This document shows, piece by piece, positions 19,307-29,645 of a DNA stretch of 64,000 nucleotides. The notes below the pieces were generated by a model. That model did no database searches and was not told where the DNA came from. It saw only the letters and a program-made list of their open reading frames with translations. Source of the stretch: Candidatus Poribacteria bacterium (GTDB lineage: Bacteria; Poribacteria; WGA-4E; PCPOR2b); assembly GCA_965208675.1 (NCBI GenBank), contig OZ242351.1, positions 160,001 to 224,000 on the forward strand, given 5' to 3'. The translations under genes were made by a program, and so were the position numbers. Position 1 is the stretch's first letter. Every line of letters starts with the position of its first letter.

Positions 19307-20242
19307 TTGCCAGCGTATAAGCGGTTCATCATTGCCGTTATTCTATGTACGATGTTACAGCCGTGGACCGTCGCTGAAGGCGCGGACATACACCCAAACG
19401 CCGGGACAAGAGCCATGCCGTTTCTGAAAATCGGCATTGGGGCGCGAGCTATCGGCATGGGGGAATCCCAAGTCGCTGACGCAAGCGACCTTTACGCGTC
19501 GTATTGGAATCCGGCGGGCCTCGCTCGCGTTAAACGTCCGCAGATAGGCTTGATGCACAATGAATGGTTTGAAGGCATTAACCACGAGTTCTTTGGCTTT
19601 GTTCAACCCATCGGTGATACGGGCGCGTTCGGCGGCAGTGCAATCTTCCTCGATTTTGGCGAACTGCAAGGGCGTGACGCGAGCGGCAACGAAACGAAAA
19701 AGTTCCGTCCCTACGATCTCGCGCTCGTTCTCTCCTATGCCCGCCAGTTCGCATCTGCGATTTCGGTCGGAGTCAATGGAAAATGGATTCGGGAGCAAAT
19801 TGACGACACAAACGCCCAAGTCATCGCATTCGACGTGGGGGGATTATATACCGTTCCCAAGAGACCTCTCACCTTCGGGTTGAACATTCAACACCTCGGC
19901 GGCAAAGTGAAGTTTGTCGAGGAATCCTTTAATCTGCCGGTCAACATAAAGGCGGGTGCGGCTTATAAATTGCTCGACGATGCGTTCACCGTTGCCGCTG
20001 ATGTGAATCGCCCCTCTGACAATGATATCACGCTCGGATTCGGAACTGCACTCACGGTATCTCAACTGCTTCATCTGCGCACCGGTTACAAACACACCGT
20101 CGGCGGAAACGACTTGGGAGTATCATCGGGAATTACCGCTGGCATTGGATTTAGTATTGCGGGATTCCAGCTTGATTACGCCTTTGTCTCATACGGAAAC
20201 CTCGGACCGACCCATCGATTTTCGCTCATCTTAAATTTCTAA
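19307..20242 (+). CDS. PorV/PorQ (UPF0164)-family outer-membrane beta-barrel protein
   Basis: Signal peptide; FLKIGIGARAIGMGE, YWNPAGLA, DYAFVSYGNLGPTHRFSL, terminal Phe. Confidence 0.85.
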   Translation: MPAYKRFIIAVILCTMLQPWTVAEGADIHPNAGTRAMPFLKIGIGARAIGMGESQVADASDLYASYWNPAGLARVKRPQIGLMHNEWFEGINHEFFGFVQPIGDTGAFGGSAIFLDFGELQGRDASGNETKKFRPYDLALVLSYARQFASAISVGVNGKWIREQIDDTNAQVIAFDVGGLYTVPKRPLTFGLNIQHLGGKVKFVEESFNLPVNIKAGAAYKLLDDAFTVAADVNRPSDNDITLGFGTALTVSQLLHLRTGYKHTVGGNDLGVSSGITAGIGFSIAGFQLDYAFVSYGNLGPTHRFSLILNF

Positions 20243-20389
20243 GGATGCGGCACACCCAGTTTTCAGATGTTACCCCCAACTGACACCAATCGTCTGAATT
20301 TTCTAATCAGATCCATCCGGCGCCGTCGCTGATTTTCACGCCAGAAATGCGCCAAGTGGCGAGTCACCGCGCTAACTGAAAGACAGACA

Positions 20390-21220
20390 GTGTATCCAAC
20401 CATCATCGATCTCGGATCTATCCCGATTGGGCCGATTAACATTCCGCTGGCGATACATAGTTACGGGTTAATGTTGGCGGCAGCATTCCTGACTGTGATG
20501 TTCGTCACACAGCGGGAATTAGCGCGCAAGCAACTCGATCCGCAATTGGCGTCATCAGTTGTCTTTGCCAGCGCCGTCGGCGGTATCATCGGCGCAAAAC
20601 TCTACGCGGCGTTTGAGGATGGCAGTGTCTCCGTCAATGAACTGTTATCGACAAGCGGTTTAGTCTGGTACGGCGGAATGATGGGCGGCGCTGCGGCCGC
20701 ATTTTTCGTCCTGCATCGATCTACGAGTCCGACGCTTCCGGTGCTTGATGCATTCGCCCCTCTGTTTCTGCTTGGATACGGAATCGGGCGAATCGGTTGT
20801 TTTCTCGCCGGGGATGGCGATTACGGAGGACCCTCTGACCTGCCGTGGGCGATGGCGTTTCCGAACGGCACCGTGCCGACACATGAACTAGTTCATCCAA
20901 CACCGCTTTATGAAACCGGAATGTCGATTATCGGATTCGGTCTGCTGTGGAGGCTCCGCAAACAGAAGGAACAGACTCCAGGCTGGTTGACAGGCGGTTA
21001 TCTAATTTTGGCGGGGATTGAACGCTTCCTAGCCGAGTTTTGGCGAATCAACTCACCCGCTCTCCTCGGATTAACAACTGCCCAGTTTCTCAGTCTCGTG
21101 CTCGTTGGAATCGGGGGGTGGCTTGTCTACCGGGTTACGCATCGACGCGTCGCTGATGAAGCGGAGAATATCCCAACCCCTAACCCGCCGCGAAGAAAAC
21201 GCACGAGGCGAAGATCATAA
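20390..21220 (+). CDS. lgt: Prolipoprotein diacylglyceryl transferase
   Basis: SYGLM, GIIGAKL, GLVWYGG, IGRIGCFLAG, HPTPLYE, RFLAEFWR. Confidence 0.92.
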   Translation: MYPTIIDLGSIPIGPINIPLAIHSYGLMLAAAFLTVMFVTQRELARKQLDPQLASSVVFASAVGGIIGAKLYAAFEDGSVSVNELLSTSGLVWYGGMMGGAAAAFFVLHRSTSPTLPVLDAFAPLFLLGYGIGRIGCFLAGDGDYGGPSDLPWAMAFPNGTVPTHELVHPTPLYETGMSIIGFGLLWRLRKQKEQTPGWLTGGYLILAGIERFLAEFWRINSPALLGLTTAQFLSLVLVGIGGWLVYRVTHRRVADEAENIPTPNPPRRKRTRRRS

Positions 21221-21235
21221 GAAAGCATTGCCGGC

Positions 21236-22498
21236 CTAATTTCGCACCTGCCCGTTACCGTAGATTATGTACTTGTAGCTCGTCAACCCTTCAAGCCCCA
21301 TTGGTCCGCGGCAGTGCAGTTTCTGGGTGCTAATGCCGACCTCCGCACCGAGGCCAAACTCATAACCGTCCGTGAATGCAGTACTCGCGTTGACGTAGAC
21401 GGCAGCCGAATCAACCTGCTTGAGGAATAGTTGCGCCGCGGCATAGTTTTCCGTGACAATCGAGTCCGAATGATGCGAACCGTAGGTTTCGATGTGTTGT
21501 ACAGCGTCGTCAAAGTCTGACACGATTCGGATTGACAAGATTTTATCGAGGTATTCTGTACGCCAATCATCCTCGGTCGCAGGAACCACGTCGGGACTCA
21601 CCCGCTGCGTCTTTTCACAGCCGCGAAGTTCCACGCCTTCGGCCGTAAACTTTTCGAACATTGGCGGGAGGAACTGCGGAGCGATTCGCTCGTGGACCAG
21701 CAGAGTTTCCATTGTGTTGCAGACAGCCACCTTGTATCCGACCTTTGCGTTGTAACAAATCTGCTCTGCCATGTCGGGATCAGCGGCTTCATCTACATAG
21801 ACGTGGCAGACGCCGTCCGCATGTCCGAGGACGGGGATCTCCGAATCCCGCATGAGAGACCGCACTAACTCATAGCTTCCGCGCGGAACAATTAGATCGA
21901 TGTGCTCCGGCAGCGCAATCATCTCTCGCACCGCCTGCCGATCCGTAATGTCTACAAACTGGACGACGTCTTTGATGCCTTCCCTTTCGGCAGTCTCGCT
22001 TAATATATTGGCAAGCGTCGTGTTTGAACGAATGGCTTCCGAGCCCCCGCGCAAAATTACGCCATTGCCGGATTTGACACACAAGGCTGACACCTCGACG
22101 GTGACGTCCGGACGCGACTCGTAAATTACCCCAACAACGCCGATCGGTACACGGACGGTCCCAATGCGCAGTCCATTGGGGCGTTCCCACATACGCGTCA
22201 TTTCGCCGATCGGGTCTGGTAGCCCGGCAACCTGCCTCAAATTATCGGCCATTCTTGCAATCTTCTCTTTGTCCACAAGCAGCCGCTTCATCAGCGGCTC
22301 TGCGAGTCCAGTCTTTTGCCCCTCCTCCAAGTCAATCTGATTGGCTTCTAAGATTTTATCTTTGAACGCTAAAATGCTATCCGCCATTGCCAACAGTGCG
22401 CTATTGCGCACATCAACAGAAGTGTTTGACAGGTGGCGCATGGCATTTCTAGCCCATTCCGCTTTCGACTGGATCATTTCCTGAACCGTCTGACCCAT
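21236..22498 (-). CDS. proA: Gamma-glutamyl phosphate reductase
   Basis: IYESRP, ILRGGSEA, DLIVPRG, VCNTMETLLVH, VYVNAST.F.DG.EFGLGAEVGISTQKLH.RGPMGL. Confidence 0.97.
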   Translation of the reverse strand: MGQTVQEMIQSKAEWARNAMRHLSNTSVDVRNSALLAMADSILAFKDKILEANQIDLEEGQKTGLAEPLMKRLLVDKEKIARMADNLRQVAGLPDPIGEMTRMWERPNGLRIGTVRVPIGVVGVIYESRPDVTVEVSALCVKSGNGVILRGGSEAIRSNTTLANILSETAEREGIKDVVQFVDITDRQAVREMIALPEHIDLIVPRGSYELVRSLMRDSEIPVLGHADGVCHVYVDEAADPDMAEQICYNAKVGYKVAVCNTMETLLVHERIAPQFLPPMFEKFTAEGVELRGCEKTQRVSPDVVPATEDDWRTEYLDKILSIRIVSDFDDAVQHIETYGSHHSDSIVTENYAAAQLFLKQVDSAAVYVNASTAFTDGYEFGLGAEVGISTQKLHCRGPMGLEGLTSYKYIIYGNGQVRN

Positions 22499-22526
22499 GA
22501 AATTTTCTCCTTTCACGGTTCCTTTA

Positions 22527-23678
22527 TCAAAACAGGTTATCTCGATGAATCACCTCGTCATAGTGGTGATAGCCTAGAATCTTTTTTATTTCACTGGTGT
22601 GTTTACCCATTATTTGGGAAACTTCTAACTTACTATAATTCGCAAGCCCTCTAGCAAATTCATTCCCGTTTTCATCGTAGCAGGAAAGGGTGTCGCCGTA
22701 CTCAAAATCACCTTCTACGCGGCGCAAACCGGATGGAAGCAGACTCTTGTCGCGGTGGATTAGCGCGTCGCGGGCACCGTTATCGACGTACAGCGTTCCT
22801 CTGGGCAGGCGTGAATAAGCAATCCACCGTTTGCGGGCAGATATCCGCTGTTGCGGCAGAAACAGCGTGCCAATCTCCTCTCCCGCGAGAATACGACCGA
22901 CCACCGAGGGCTGGTTTCCGTTCGCAAGCACCAGAATCTCCCCAGATCCTGTCACAATTTCTGCTGCGCGCAACTTCGTAATCATGCCGCCGGTGCCGTC
23001 ACTGCTTCCCGCCCCGCCGGCAGAGCGCTGGAGTTTCTCCGTGATCGCTGGCACAACGCTGATAAACTCGGCGTTGGAATTTTTGCGGGGATCTTGCGTG
23101 TGAAAACCATCCTGATCCGATAGAATTATGAGCAACTCAGCCTCCGCGAGATTGGTCACTTGGGCTGACAGCGTGTCATTGTCGCCAAACTTAATCTCCT
23201 CCACAGCAACGGAGTCGTTTTCGTTTATAATTGGGATTGCGCCAAGTTGAAGCAGGGCACCCAGGGCGTCGCTTATGTGCGTGTAGCGCTCACGGTAACT
23301 AAAGTCGTCCTGAGTCAGCAACATCATCGCTGTGATTATGCCGTGCCGTTGAAACCGTTGTTCATAAGCGCGCATCAGGTGGTACTGTCCAACCGCTGCG
23401 GCCGCCTGTAAATTCGGAATCGTTTGCGGCCGCTGCCGGAAAAGCTTTCCCGTGCCCGCGGCGATTGCCCCCGACGACACGAGGATAATCTCTATCCCCT
23501 GCTGTTTCACCGATGCGAGATCGTCTACGAGGACATTAATGCGGCTCGGATTGAGAATGTAATTCTGGGAGATGACTCTGCTGCCAACTTTCACGACCAC
23601 CCGTTTGACGCGGGACAACAATTGACGCCTTTCAATCAGCGTCGCCCCCGTCGGGGCTGTATGTAAATTCGAATTCAT
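22527..23678 (-). CDS. proB: Glutamate 5-kinase (true start may be at ~23636)
   Basis: VVKVGS, VSSGAIAAG, QAAAAVGQ, PIINEND, FGDNDTLSA, GTGGMITK, C-terminal PUA domain. Confidence 0.97.
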   Translation of the reverse strand: MNSNLHTAPTGATLIERRQLLSRVKRVVVKVGSRVISQNYILNPSRINVLVDDLASVKQQGIEIILVSSGAIAAGTGKLFRQRPQTIPNLQAAAAVGQYHLMRAYEQRFQRHGIITAMMLLTQDDFSYRERYTHISDALGALLQLGAIPIINENDSVAVEEIKFGDNDTLSAQVTNLAEAELLIILSDQDGFHTQDPRKNSNAEFISVVPAITEKLQRSAGGAGSSDGTGGMITKLRAAEIVTGSGEILVLANGNQPSVVGRILAGEEIGTLFLPQQRISARKRWIAYSRLPRGTLYVDNGARDALIHRDKSLLPSGLRRVEGDFEYGDTLSCYDENGNEFARGLANYSKLEVSQIMGKHTSEIKKILGYHHYDEVIHRDNLF

Positions 23679-24942
23679 CTATTTTGACCGTATCTCCTGC
23701 TTGAGCGCCCGTTCTGTTAAGCGCGTTGATTACGCCCATCTTTTTGAGTTTCCGGTGAAGCAAAACAAGCGCCTGATCATTCTCCATATCTGTCATCAGT
23801 ACGGCGCGGTGCGGCTCCTCGCCGCGAACAACGAAACCGTCTTCTACTTTCAAGAGTTCAAATCTCCCGTTTTGAATGGGAAAGCTAGGCAACGAAATCA
23901 TATCGGATTCCACCGCGCCGCCGCTCTCCTGCCTTTCACGATTGCGTTCATGGATACGTTGGAGCCGTCCATACGCCGCACGAATTAACCCATCTACACC
24001 TTCTCCGGTAAGCGCTGAAATTGAAAAAATCCGTCGTTTACCAAAGTAATCCGTAATCTGTGGAAGAATGAGCTGTGCATTGGGCAAATCCGCTTTGTTG
24101 AGCGCGACTAACTGCGGCATTCGGACTAACCGCGGATTGTATAGTTCAAGCTCCTCGTTGAGTTGTTCATAGTCCTCAATTGGATCGCGACCGTCGACAG
24201 ATGCACAATCGATGACGTGGATGAGTAGTTTCGTGCGTTCGATATGCCGTAAGAAGTCGTGCCCCAACCCCGCGCCCGCGTGCGCCCCTTCGATGAGTCC
24301 GGGGATATCTGCAACCACAAAGTTTTGCGCCGCTCCGATACGCACAACCCCCAAGTTCGGCGCAAGCGTCGTAAACGGATAATTTGCGATTTTTGGCGTT
24401 GCGTCGGATACCCTTCCAAGCAGCGTCGATTTACCGGCGTTGGGAAATCCTACCAATCCAACCTCTGCAATAACTTTGACTTCCAGTTCAACACGCCGCG
24501 CTTCGCCCGGCTCACCCTTTTCCGCGACGCGCGGCGTTTGAAAGATGCTGCTCTTGAATCGCGCATTTCCCTTGCCGCCGACTCCGCCTCGCGCAACGAT
24601 GACCCGTTGGCCATGCCGTTTCAAATCGGCGAAATCATCGGTCATTTCAGGATCCCGGACGACCGTGCCGACTGGAACTTTTACAACGCGGTCATCCGCT
24701 TCCTTGCCGTGCCTGTGTTTTCCCCTGCCGTGTTGCCCATCGGGCGCCTTCTGGCGTGGTTGGTATCTGAGATCCAACAGTGTACTAAGTCCTTCTGCTG
24801 CTTCGAGAACCACACTTCCCCCACGCCCGCCGTCGCCGCCGTTCGGTCCCCCGCGCGGCACATACTTCTCCCTTCGGAAACTAATGCATCCGTTTCCGCC
24901 GTTTCCGCCCGCGACGTGAATCGTTGCTGTGTCTACGTTCAT
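23632..24942 (-). CDS. obgE: GTPase ObgE/CgtA
   Basis: FRREKYVPRGGPNGGDGG, GFPNAGKST, YPFTTL, DIPG, NKAD, C-terminal OCT domain. Start MNVD at 24942. Confidence 0.97.
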   Translation of the reverse strand: MNVDTATIHVAGGNGGNGCISFRREKYVPRGGPNGGDGGRGGSVVLEAAEGLSTLLDLRYQPRQKAPDGQHGRGKHRHGKEADDRVVKVPVGTVVRDPEMTDDFADLKRHGQRVIVARGGVGGKGNARFKSSIFQTPRVAEKGEPGEARRVELEVKVIAEVGLVGFPNAGKSTLLGRVSDATPKIANYPFTTLAPNLGVVRIGAAQNFVVADIPGLIEGAHAGAGLGHDFLRHIERTKLLIHVIDCASVDGRDPIEDYEQLNEELELYNPRLVRMPQLVALNKADLPNAQLILPQITDYFGKRRIFSISALTGEGVDGLIRAAYGRLQRIHERNRERQESGGAVESDMISLPSFPIQNGRFELLKVEDGFVVRGEEPHRAVLMTDMENDQALVLLHRKLKKMGVINALNRTGAQAGDTVKIDEFEFTYSPDGGDAD

Positions 24943-24961
24943 TGCTAAAACCTCTGAAGCG

Positions 24962-25349
24962 CCCCTCTGTAGGAGAGGCATCCCTGCCTCGACCATATTA
25001 TTATTGAGTCTGGGCGGAGCCGGTCTCGTCACAGTAAAATGTAGGTTGGGTTGAGCGGATAATTCCGATGTATTACCTAAGGCAATACGACGATATGAAT
25101 ATCAGACGATGCGATGACAGATATTATGTAGCGTAACCCAACAATCAACTGAGCGAATAGCGAAGGCGATAGTCTTCAGCGACATCAAAACTATCGCGCT
25201 CCCTGTTCAGTCGGTTGATTGCTCAACCTAATTTACAAGAACTAAGATTGACTATCTCTCAATGAATCAAGCACATCGGCCCCTGTAAGAGAGGCATCCC
25301 TGCCTCGACCATTTCTTATTGAGACTGGTGGCGGCGGGACTCGCCACAG
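24962..25349. repeat. Two ~70-bp direct repeats (GTA(G/A)-GAGAGGCATCCCTGCCTCGA REP-like) flanking a third inverted-repeat element
   Basis: Copies at 24962-25034 and 25280-25349. The inner element is bounded by TGTAGGTTGGGTTGAGC (25040) and GCTCAACCTAATTTACA (ending 25237), a 14/17 inverted match. Confidence 0.75.
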
Positions 25350-25441
25350 ATTGCAAAATTTCAGTAATTACAGTCTATAAAAAAAGCGGACAAAAACTGC
25401 AAAACCACTGTTTTGGCAGTACGATGAATCTGTAAAACAGC

Positions 25442-25591
25442 TAGGAGTTACGCAGTTGAACGTCCAAAGGTTCGTAGTAGGGCAATATATTGCCCGTTTC
25501 TACATAAAACAACATGTCAGGTCAAGGAAGTGAACGACCTGCCGGACGCGCAATAAATTGCGCAACTACAAGCTGCACTGCGTAAGTCCTA
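25442..25591. mobile_element. 150-bp MITE-like element with 15-bp terminal inverted repeats, containing a REP doublet
   Basis: TAGGAGTTACGCAGT ... ACTGCGTAAGTCCTA (14/15 match). Internal GGTTCGTAGTAGGGCAATATATTGCCCGT and ACGCGCAATAAATTGCGCAACTACAA. Confidence 0.7.
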
Positions 25592-25608
25592 ACAACATCA
25601 AAATACAC

Positions 25609-25637
25609 AAGATATCACAGATACACCCGAAAGTCAA
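25609..25637 (-). promoter_or_regulatory. Putative sigma70 promoter facing obgE
   Basis: Minus strand TTGACT-17 nt-TATCTT with TGn extended -10. Confidence 0.5.
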
Positions 25638-25707
25638 GCCGTTGCCATCTTCTCAATCGGAAAAGCAGTGTAAGATAGGTAGACCTTTTGACGCATCACC
25701 ATTTTGC

Positions 25708-25736
25708 TTGAAACTTGCCGCCTGCTTTGCTATGCT
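25708..25736 (+). promoter_or_regulatory. Putative sigma70 promoter for the VOC-SDR genes
   Basis: TTGAAA-17 nt-TATGCT with TGn extended -10. Confidence 0.5.
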
Positions 25737-25783
25737 ATCTCATCATCGGCACATGAACATAGCGGCTAGGCAGGAGGCGTCAC

Positions 25784-26263
25784 ATTATCGGCTCGGTAAA
25801 CATCCTTGATCACGTCTCAGTAACTGTAAGCGATATGGATCGGTCACTCGCGTTCTACCGAGATCTACTCGGACTCGAAGAAGTCGAGCGGCACCGGCTC
25901 GAAGGCGAAACCATCTCCGAAATGGCTGGCAAACCGGATGTGGTTATGCAGGTCGTACGGTTGCAAGCACCCGAAACCCCTGGGGTTTTGCTTGACCTGC
26001 AGCAATACATCACTCCCCAAGGCGAAAAATCTGACGCGCAGTTGGGTGACGTTGCTCATTCGCATTTTTGTTTCGGTGTACCGGACTTATTCGGAACCTA
26101 CACCTCGCTAAAAGCCAAAGGTGTCGAGTTCGTCTCGGAACCGGTTAATTTCGATCTCGAATGGGGTATCGTGCACGTGGTGTTCTTCAAGGATCCGGAC
26201 GGATTTGTTCTCGAACTGATGGAGTATCCAATCAAAAGAAAAGCATCGACCGATCAGCCGTAG
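25784..26263 (+). CDS. VOC/glyoxalase family protein (probable ATT start)
   Basis: LDHVSVTVSDMDRSLAFYRDLLG, HFCFGV, FFKDPDGFVLELME. RBS AGGAGG at 25772-25777. Confidence 0.88.
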   Translation: MIGSVNILDHVSVTVSDMDRSLAFYRDLLGLEEVERHRLEGETISEMAGKPDVVMQVVRLQAPETPGVLLDLQQYITPQGEKSDAQLGDVAHSHFCFGVPDLFGTYTSLKAKGVEFVSEPVNFDLEWGIVHVVFFKDPDGFVLELMEYPIKRKASTDQP

Positions 26264-26277
26264 TGCGGAGATAACTC

Positions 26278-27075
26278 ATGCCCAAGTACGATTTAGATGG
26301 ACAAGTAGCGGTGGTAACGGGCGCCGGACGTGGGATTGGCCGCGCCATTGCACTGCGCTTCGCCAAAGAAAAGGTGCGTGTAACTGCCGCCGACATCAAC
26401 TATGAAAACGCACAAGGTGTCGTCCAAGAAATCGAGGCGATGGGCGGTAAGGCAATGCCGCTCAAAGTGGATGTGACTTGCAAAGACGACACTGAACAGA
26501 TGGTTAGCCGGACGGTTGAACGATTCGGGCGGTTAGACATCTTGGTCAATAACGCCGGAATCGGCGTCATCGCCCCGCTATTGGACACCGGCGAGGAAGC
26601 CTGGGATGCGCTCATGAACGTCAATGCTAAGGGCGTTCTCCTCTGCTCGCAAGCCGCGGCGCGGCACATGATTGAACAGGGCAGCGGCGGCCGCATCATC
26701 AACAACGCCTCCGGCGCCGGCAAAATTGCGACTGGCAAAGATATTCCGCTTGGCGCTTACGCCGCCAGCAAGCATGCCGTGGTTGCACTGACCAAGCAGA
26801 TGGGGTTGGAATTGTCGTCGCACGGGATTCTTGTCAACTGCGTGTGCGCCGGCATTGTGGACACGCCGATGTGGGATCTGATCGACCGTGAGGTGGCGGC
26901 GTTGCAAGGTGCGCCGCTAGGGTCGGTAAAGGCAAGCGCCGTCGATCGGATACCGCTTGGTCGCATCGAAAAGCCGGAGGATGTCGCCAACATGGTCGCC
27001 TTCCTCGCCTCCGCCGATGCCAGCTACATTACCGCGCAAGCGCTAAACGTTTGCGGCGGCATGCTCCCCTATTAA
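26278..27075 (+). CDS. SDR family NAD(P)-dependent oxidoreductase
   Basis: TGAGRGIG, LVNNAG, YAASK, IPLGR, YITAQALNVCGG. Confidence 0.95.
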   Translation: MPKYDLDGQVAVVTGAGRGIGRAIALRFAKEKVRVTAADINYENAQGVVQEIEAMGGKAMPLKVDVTCKDDTEQMVSRTVERFGRLDILVNNAGIGVIAPLLDTGEEAWDALMNVNAKGVLLCSQAAARHMIEQGSGGRIINNASGAGKIATGKDIPLGAYAASKHAVVALTKQMGLELSSHGILVNCVCAGIVDTPMWDLIDREVAALQGAPLGSVKASAVDRIPLGRIEKPEDVANMVAFLASADASYITAQALNVCGGMLPY

Positions 27076-27111
27076 ACCCATTCCCCGCCGCGGAACGATT
27101 TCGGGCTGATG

Positions 27112-29645
27112 TTATTCCTCCAAATCAATCTCTAATTGCACAAACGCCTCTCTGATTTTATCCTCGTACTCTTGATTCGAAATCTGCCCTCCTGTAGCTG
27201 ACAGTTCGATTTGAAGGTTGTCGAATTTCGCTTGCAGCAGGTTCATCACGCCCATAATTCCTGACACCTTTCCTTTTGGAATATTGAACTTCAGTTGCAC
27301 ATTGTTGCGTCCATCCGGCTTTGGTTCTGGGTTCGGTGGTTTAGGGACAGGGTCAGGTCTTGGCGGAACTGGATCAGGCGGTGGTTGTTCATCATCCGGT
27401 TTTGTTTCCTTCAGACGGATGCAGACCGTATCGCGGATAATCACTTCGTTTCCAGCAAAGGCAACGGAGCCGGGACGCTCTTTGAAATATAGGCAGTCAG
27501 GCTCCCCATCCTGCAACCCACCGAGACCGAACATGCCTTTTTCAACACCTTCACGGATGCCGGACTCCCACACCGATTTGCTGATGATTCTCAGGCTGCC
27601 GGGGGTTTTCGCGCCAGACTGAAACAACTGTTCAGTGGAAACATAATCATTCGTGCCGAGATAGCGTTCTCTGAGAAGCAGCGGGGCAATCTGTTCCAAA
27701 ATTTCCCCGTCAGACCGCAGTTTCTCATAAACAACTTCATCAAGTTTCTTTGTCGCGCCGTAAGTTGGCACACCCAAATCCGTCTCCTTCAAGCCCTCTT
27801 TTGTCGGGATGAATAGGGTCCGGTAGTAGCGGCGCAGCATATCGTCCAAGCTGTTTTCCGCGGTTCTCAAACCGTCGCGAATCTCCTTCCGTTGCTCGTC
27901 GGAGAGATTCAATGTAACGTCCGTCTTGTTTAGGGCGCGGTAGGCAATCGTCTTTTTCAGTTGATTGTAGAACCCGCTCCGCTCGTGCGCCAGTGTCGTC
28001 AGAAAGAAAAGCGTGTTTCGATTGACTCTCGGGCTATTTCCCTTCGTTTCTAGCATCGTGTTCATCAGGGAACGGTCAGGCTGCTTCAGAATTACCAGTT
28101 TCAAATCAGCGTTGTCTGTAACCTCGGATGCGTCTTTCGGCCAAATCGACGTATTGAACCGTCCAACTGATAAATTCCTTTTGACCAAAGACTCCTCAAA
28201 CTCGTTGATTTCCGATTCCCTGATATTCTCCATGCGGGTCAGTAGAAGTCGGTTGAGGTTGGGCTGGTTGCTGAAATAGAATTTTTCACCCTCGTGTCGA
28301 AGGTAAAACAGCTTGTTTTGCAAATCGTTGGCGGCTTCGGTGACAACGCTAGACGGAATCCCCGTATTCACCGTATTGCGCTTGATTTCTCCGCGAGTCG
28401 CTCCCTGTTCAACGATGCCGCCCGAAAAGGAATACAGAAACACAGTCGTCGCGGCACGGCTACCAAGTTTGAGTCCCTTGTAGGCATCGCCAAGACCGAG
28501 ATCGGCCTTTTTCGCCCCGACTCCTCCCCCGTTATGTCCGCGGATATGATGCTGTCGAACTCGGGCCCGATGTGCTTAATCAACTCCCGTCGAATTTCCT
28601 GATCGCTCAAATCAAAGTCGCCGAGACTGATATATGGGATTGACCTCTCTTTAAGGGCACCGATGACGAGCGACAACAGCCGCAACACCCCCCGTGTGCG
28701 CTGGAAATTCGGGTAACTGCCCCACCGCTGATAGAGGACATCAATGGCTTCCGGTTGAAACGGATAGGCGGCTTCAAACCGTTTTCGGTATTCTGACGGT
28801 TCAGTGCCGGCGGGCAAAATGGATTCCTTGTCGGCGTAGTTCATAAAATCCTGAATCGCTTCAGCCGCGCCCTTCATATCAATCTGCGAGAAAAGCCGCC
28901 GCCGAATGACATCTGTAATCTCATGCTCTTGCACCGGCGTGTAAATCTTTTCCACCCGCCCTACAACATGTTGGAGCTGTTCGAATAGCTTTTCGGCTCC
29001 CTCGCCGAAGTGTTCCATCCCGCTTGACGGTAGCGTGATAACCAGTGCTATCTTCTCTAACGTACGAGCGGCTTCGGTAAACTCCTGCATAAAGGCAAGT
29101 GTCTGAGCGGACAGCGTACTGTCTTCGACGCGGACGCTATCGGCTTTGGTCATATATTCCAGCAACTCGTCCATCAAGATGAGCGCCGGTTGATTCGCCT
29201 CAAGCAGCTCGTAAATCGCATCTCTACCCGGAGCCGTAAACCCGTCAAACCGTGCTACGCTTCCCGCCAATTGGGACTCTAGCGCTCCCCAAAGTGTGTC
29301 TCGGCCGCTCATCGGTGTTCCGACAATCACGGCACGGGAGACATTCCAATCACTTGCTCTGTGATACATCGCAATCAGGGCGTGGGTCTTGCCGCCGCCG
29401 AAGGGGGTCTGAAGTTGAATCACCGGATCGCCGCCGCGTCCATCTAACCGACCTTCCACAACCGAAAGCAGGTGCTTGAGCCCATCCGTCTGATACGTTT
29501 TCTCGAAAAACTGCACGGCATCCTTGTATTCGTCCGGTCCGCGATTCTTGAACACCTCCCACAAATCCGCCGCGAAAACGTCCTGCGTGAGTCTTCCTTC
29601 TAGAATATCGCTGTGGGGTACGGCAATTGTGTGGAATGGAGTCAT
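27112..29645 (-). CDS. DUF499-family ATPase (~844 aa), split by a 1-nt deletion at 28515-28518
   Basis: PHSDILEGRL..DVFAADL, Walker A QTPFGGGKTH, Walker B LILMDE, AYPFQPE, FQRTRGVLRLL, QPNLNR. The two ORFs join as ...ESGAKKADLGLGDAYKGL... if one G is restored. Confidence 0.88.

Noticed and set aside
24943-25032. N-terminal extension of ObgE in the ORF track
   Set aside because: It runs through a REP-like repeat; the conserved protein starts at MNVD (24942).
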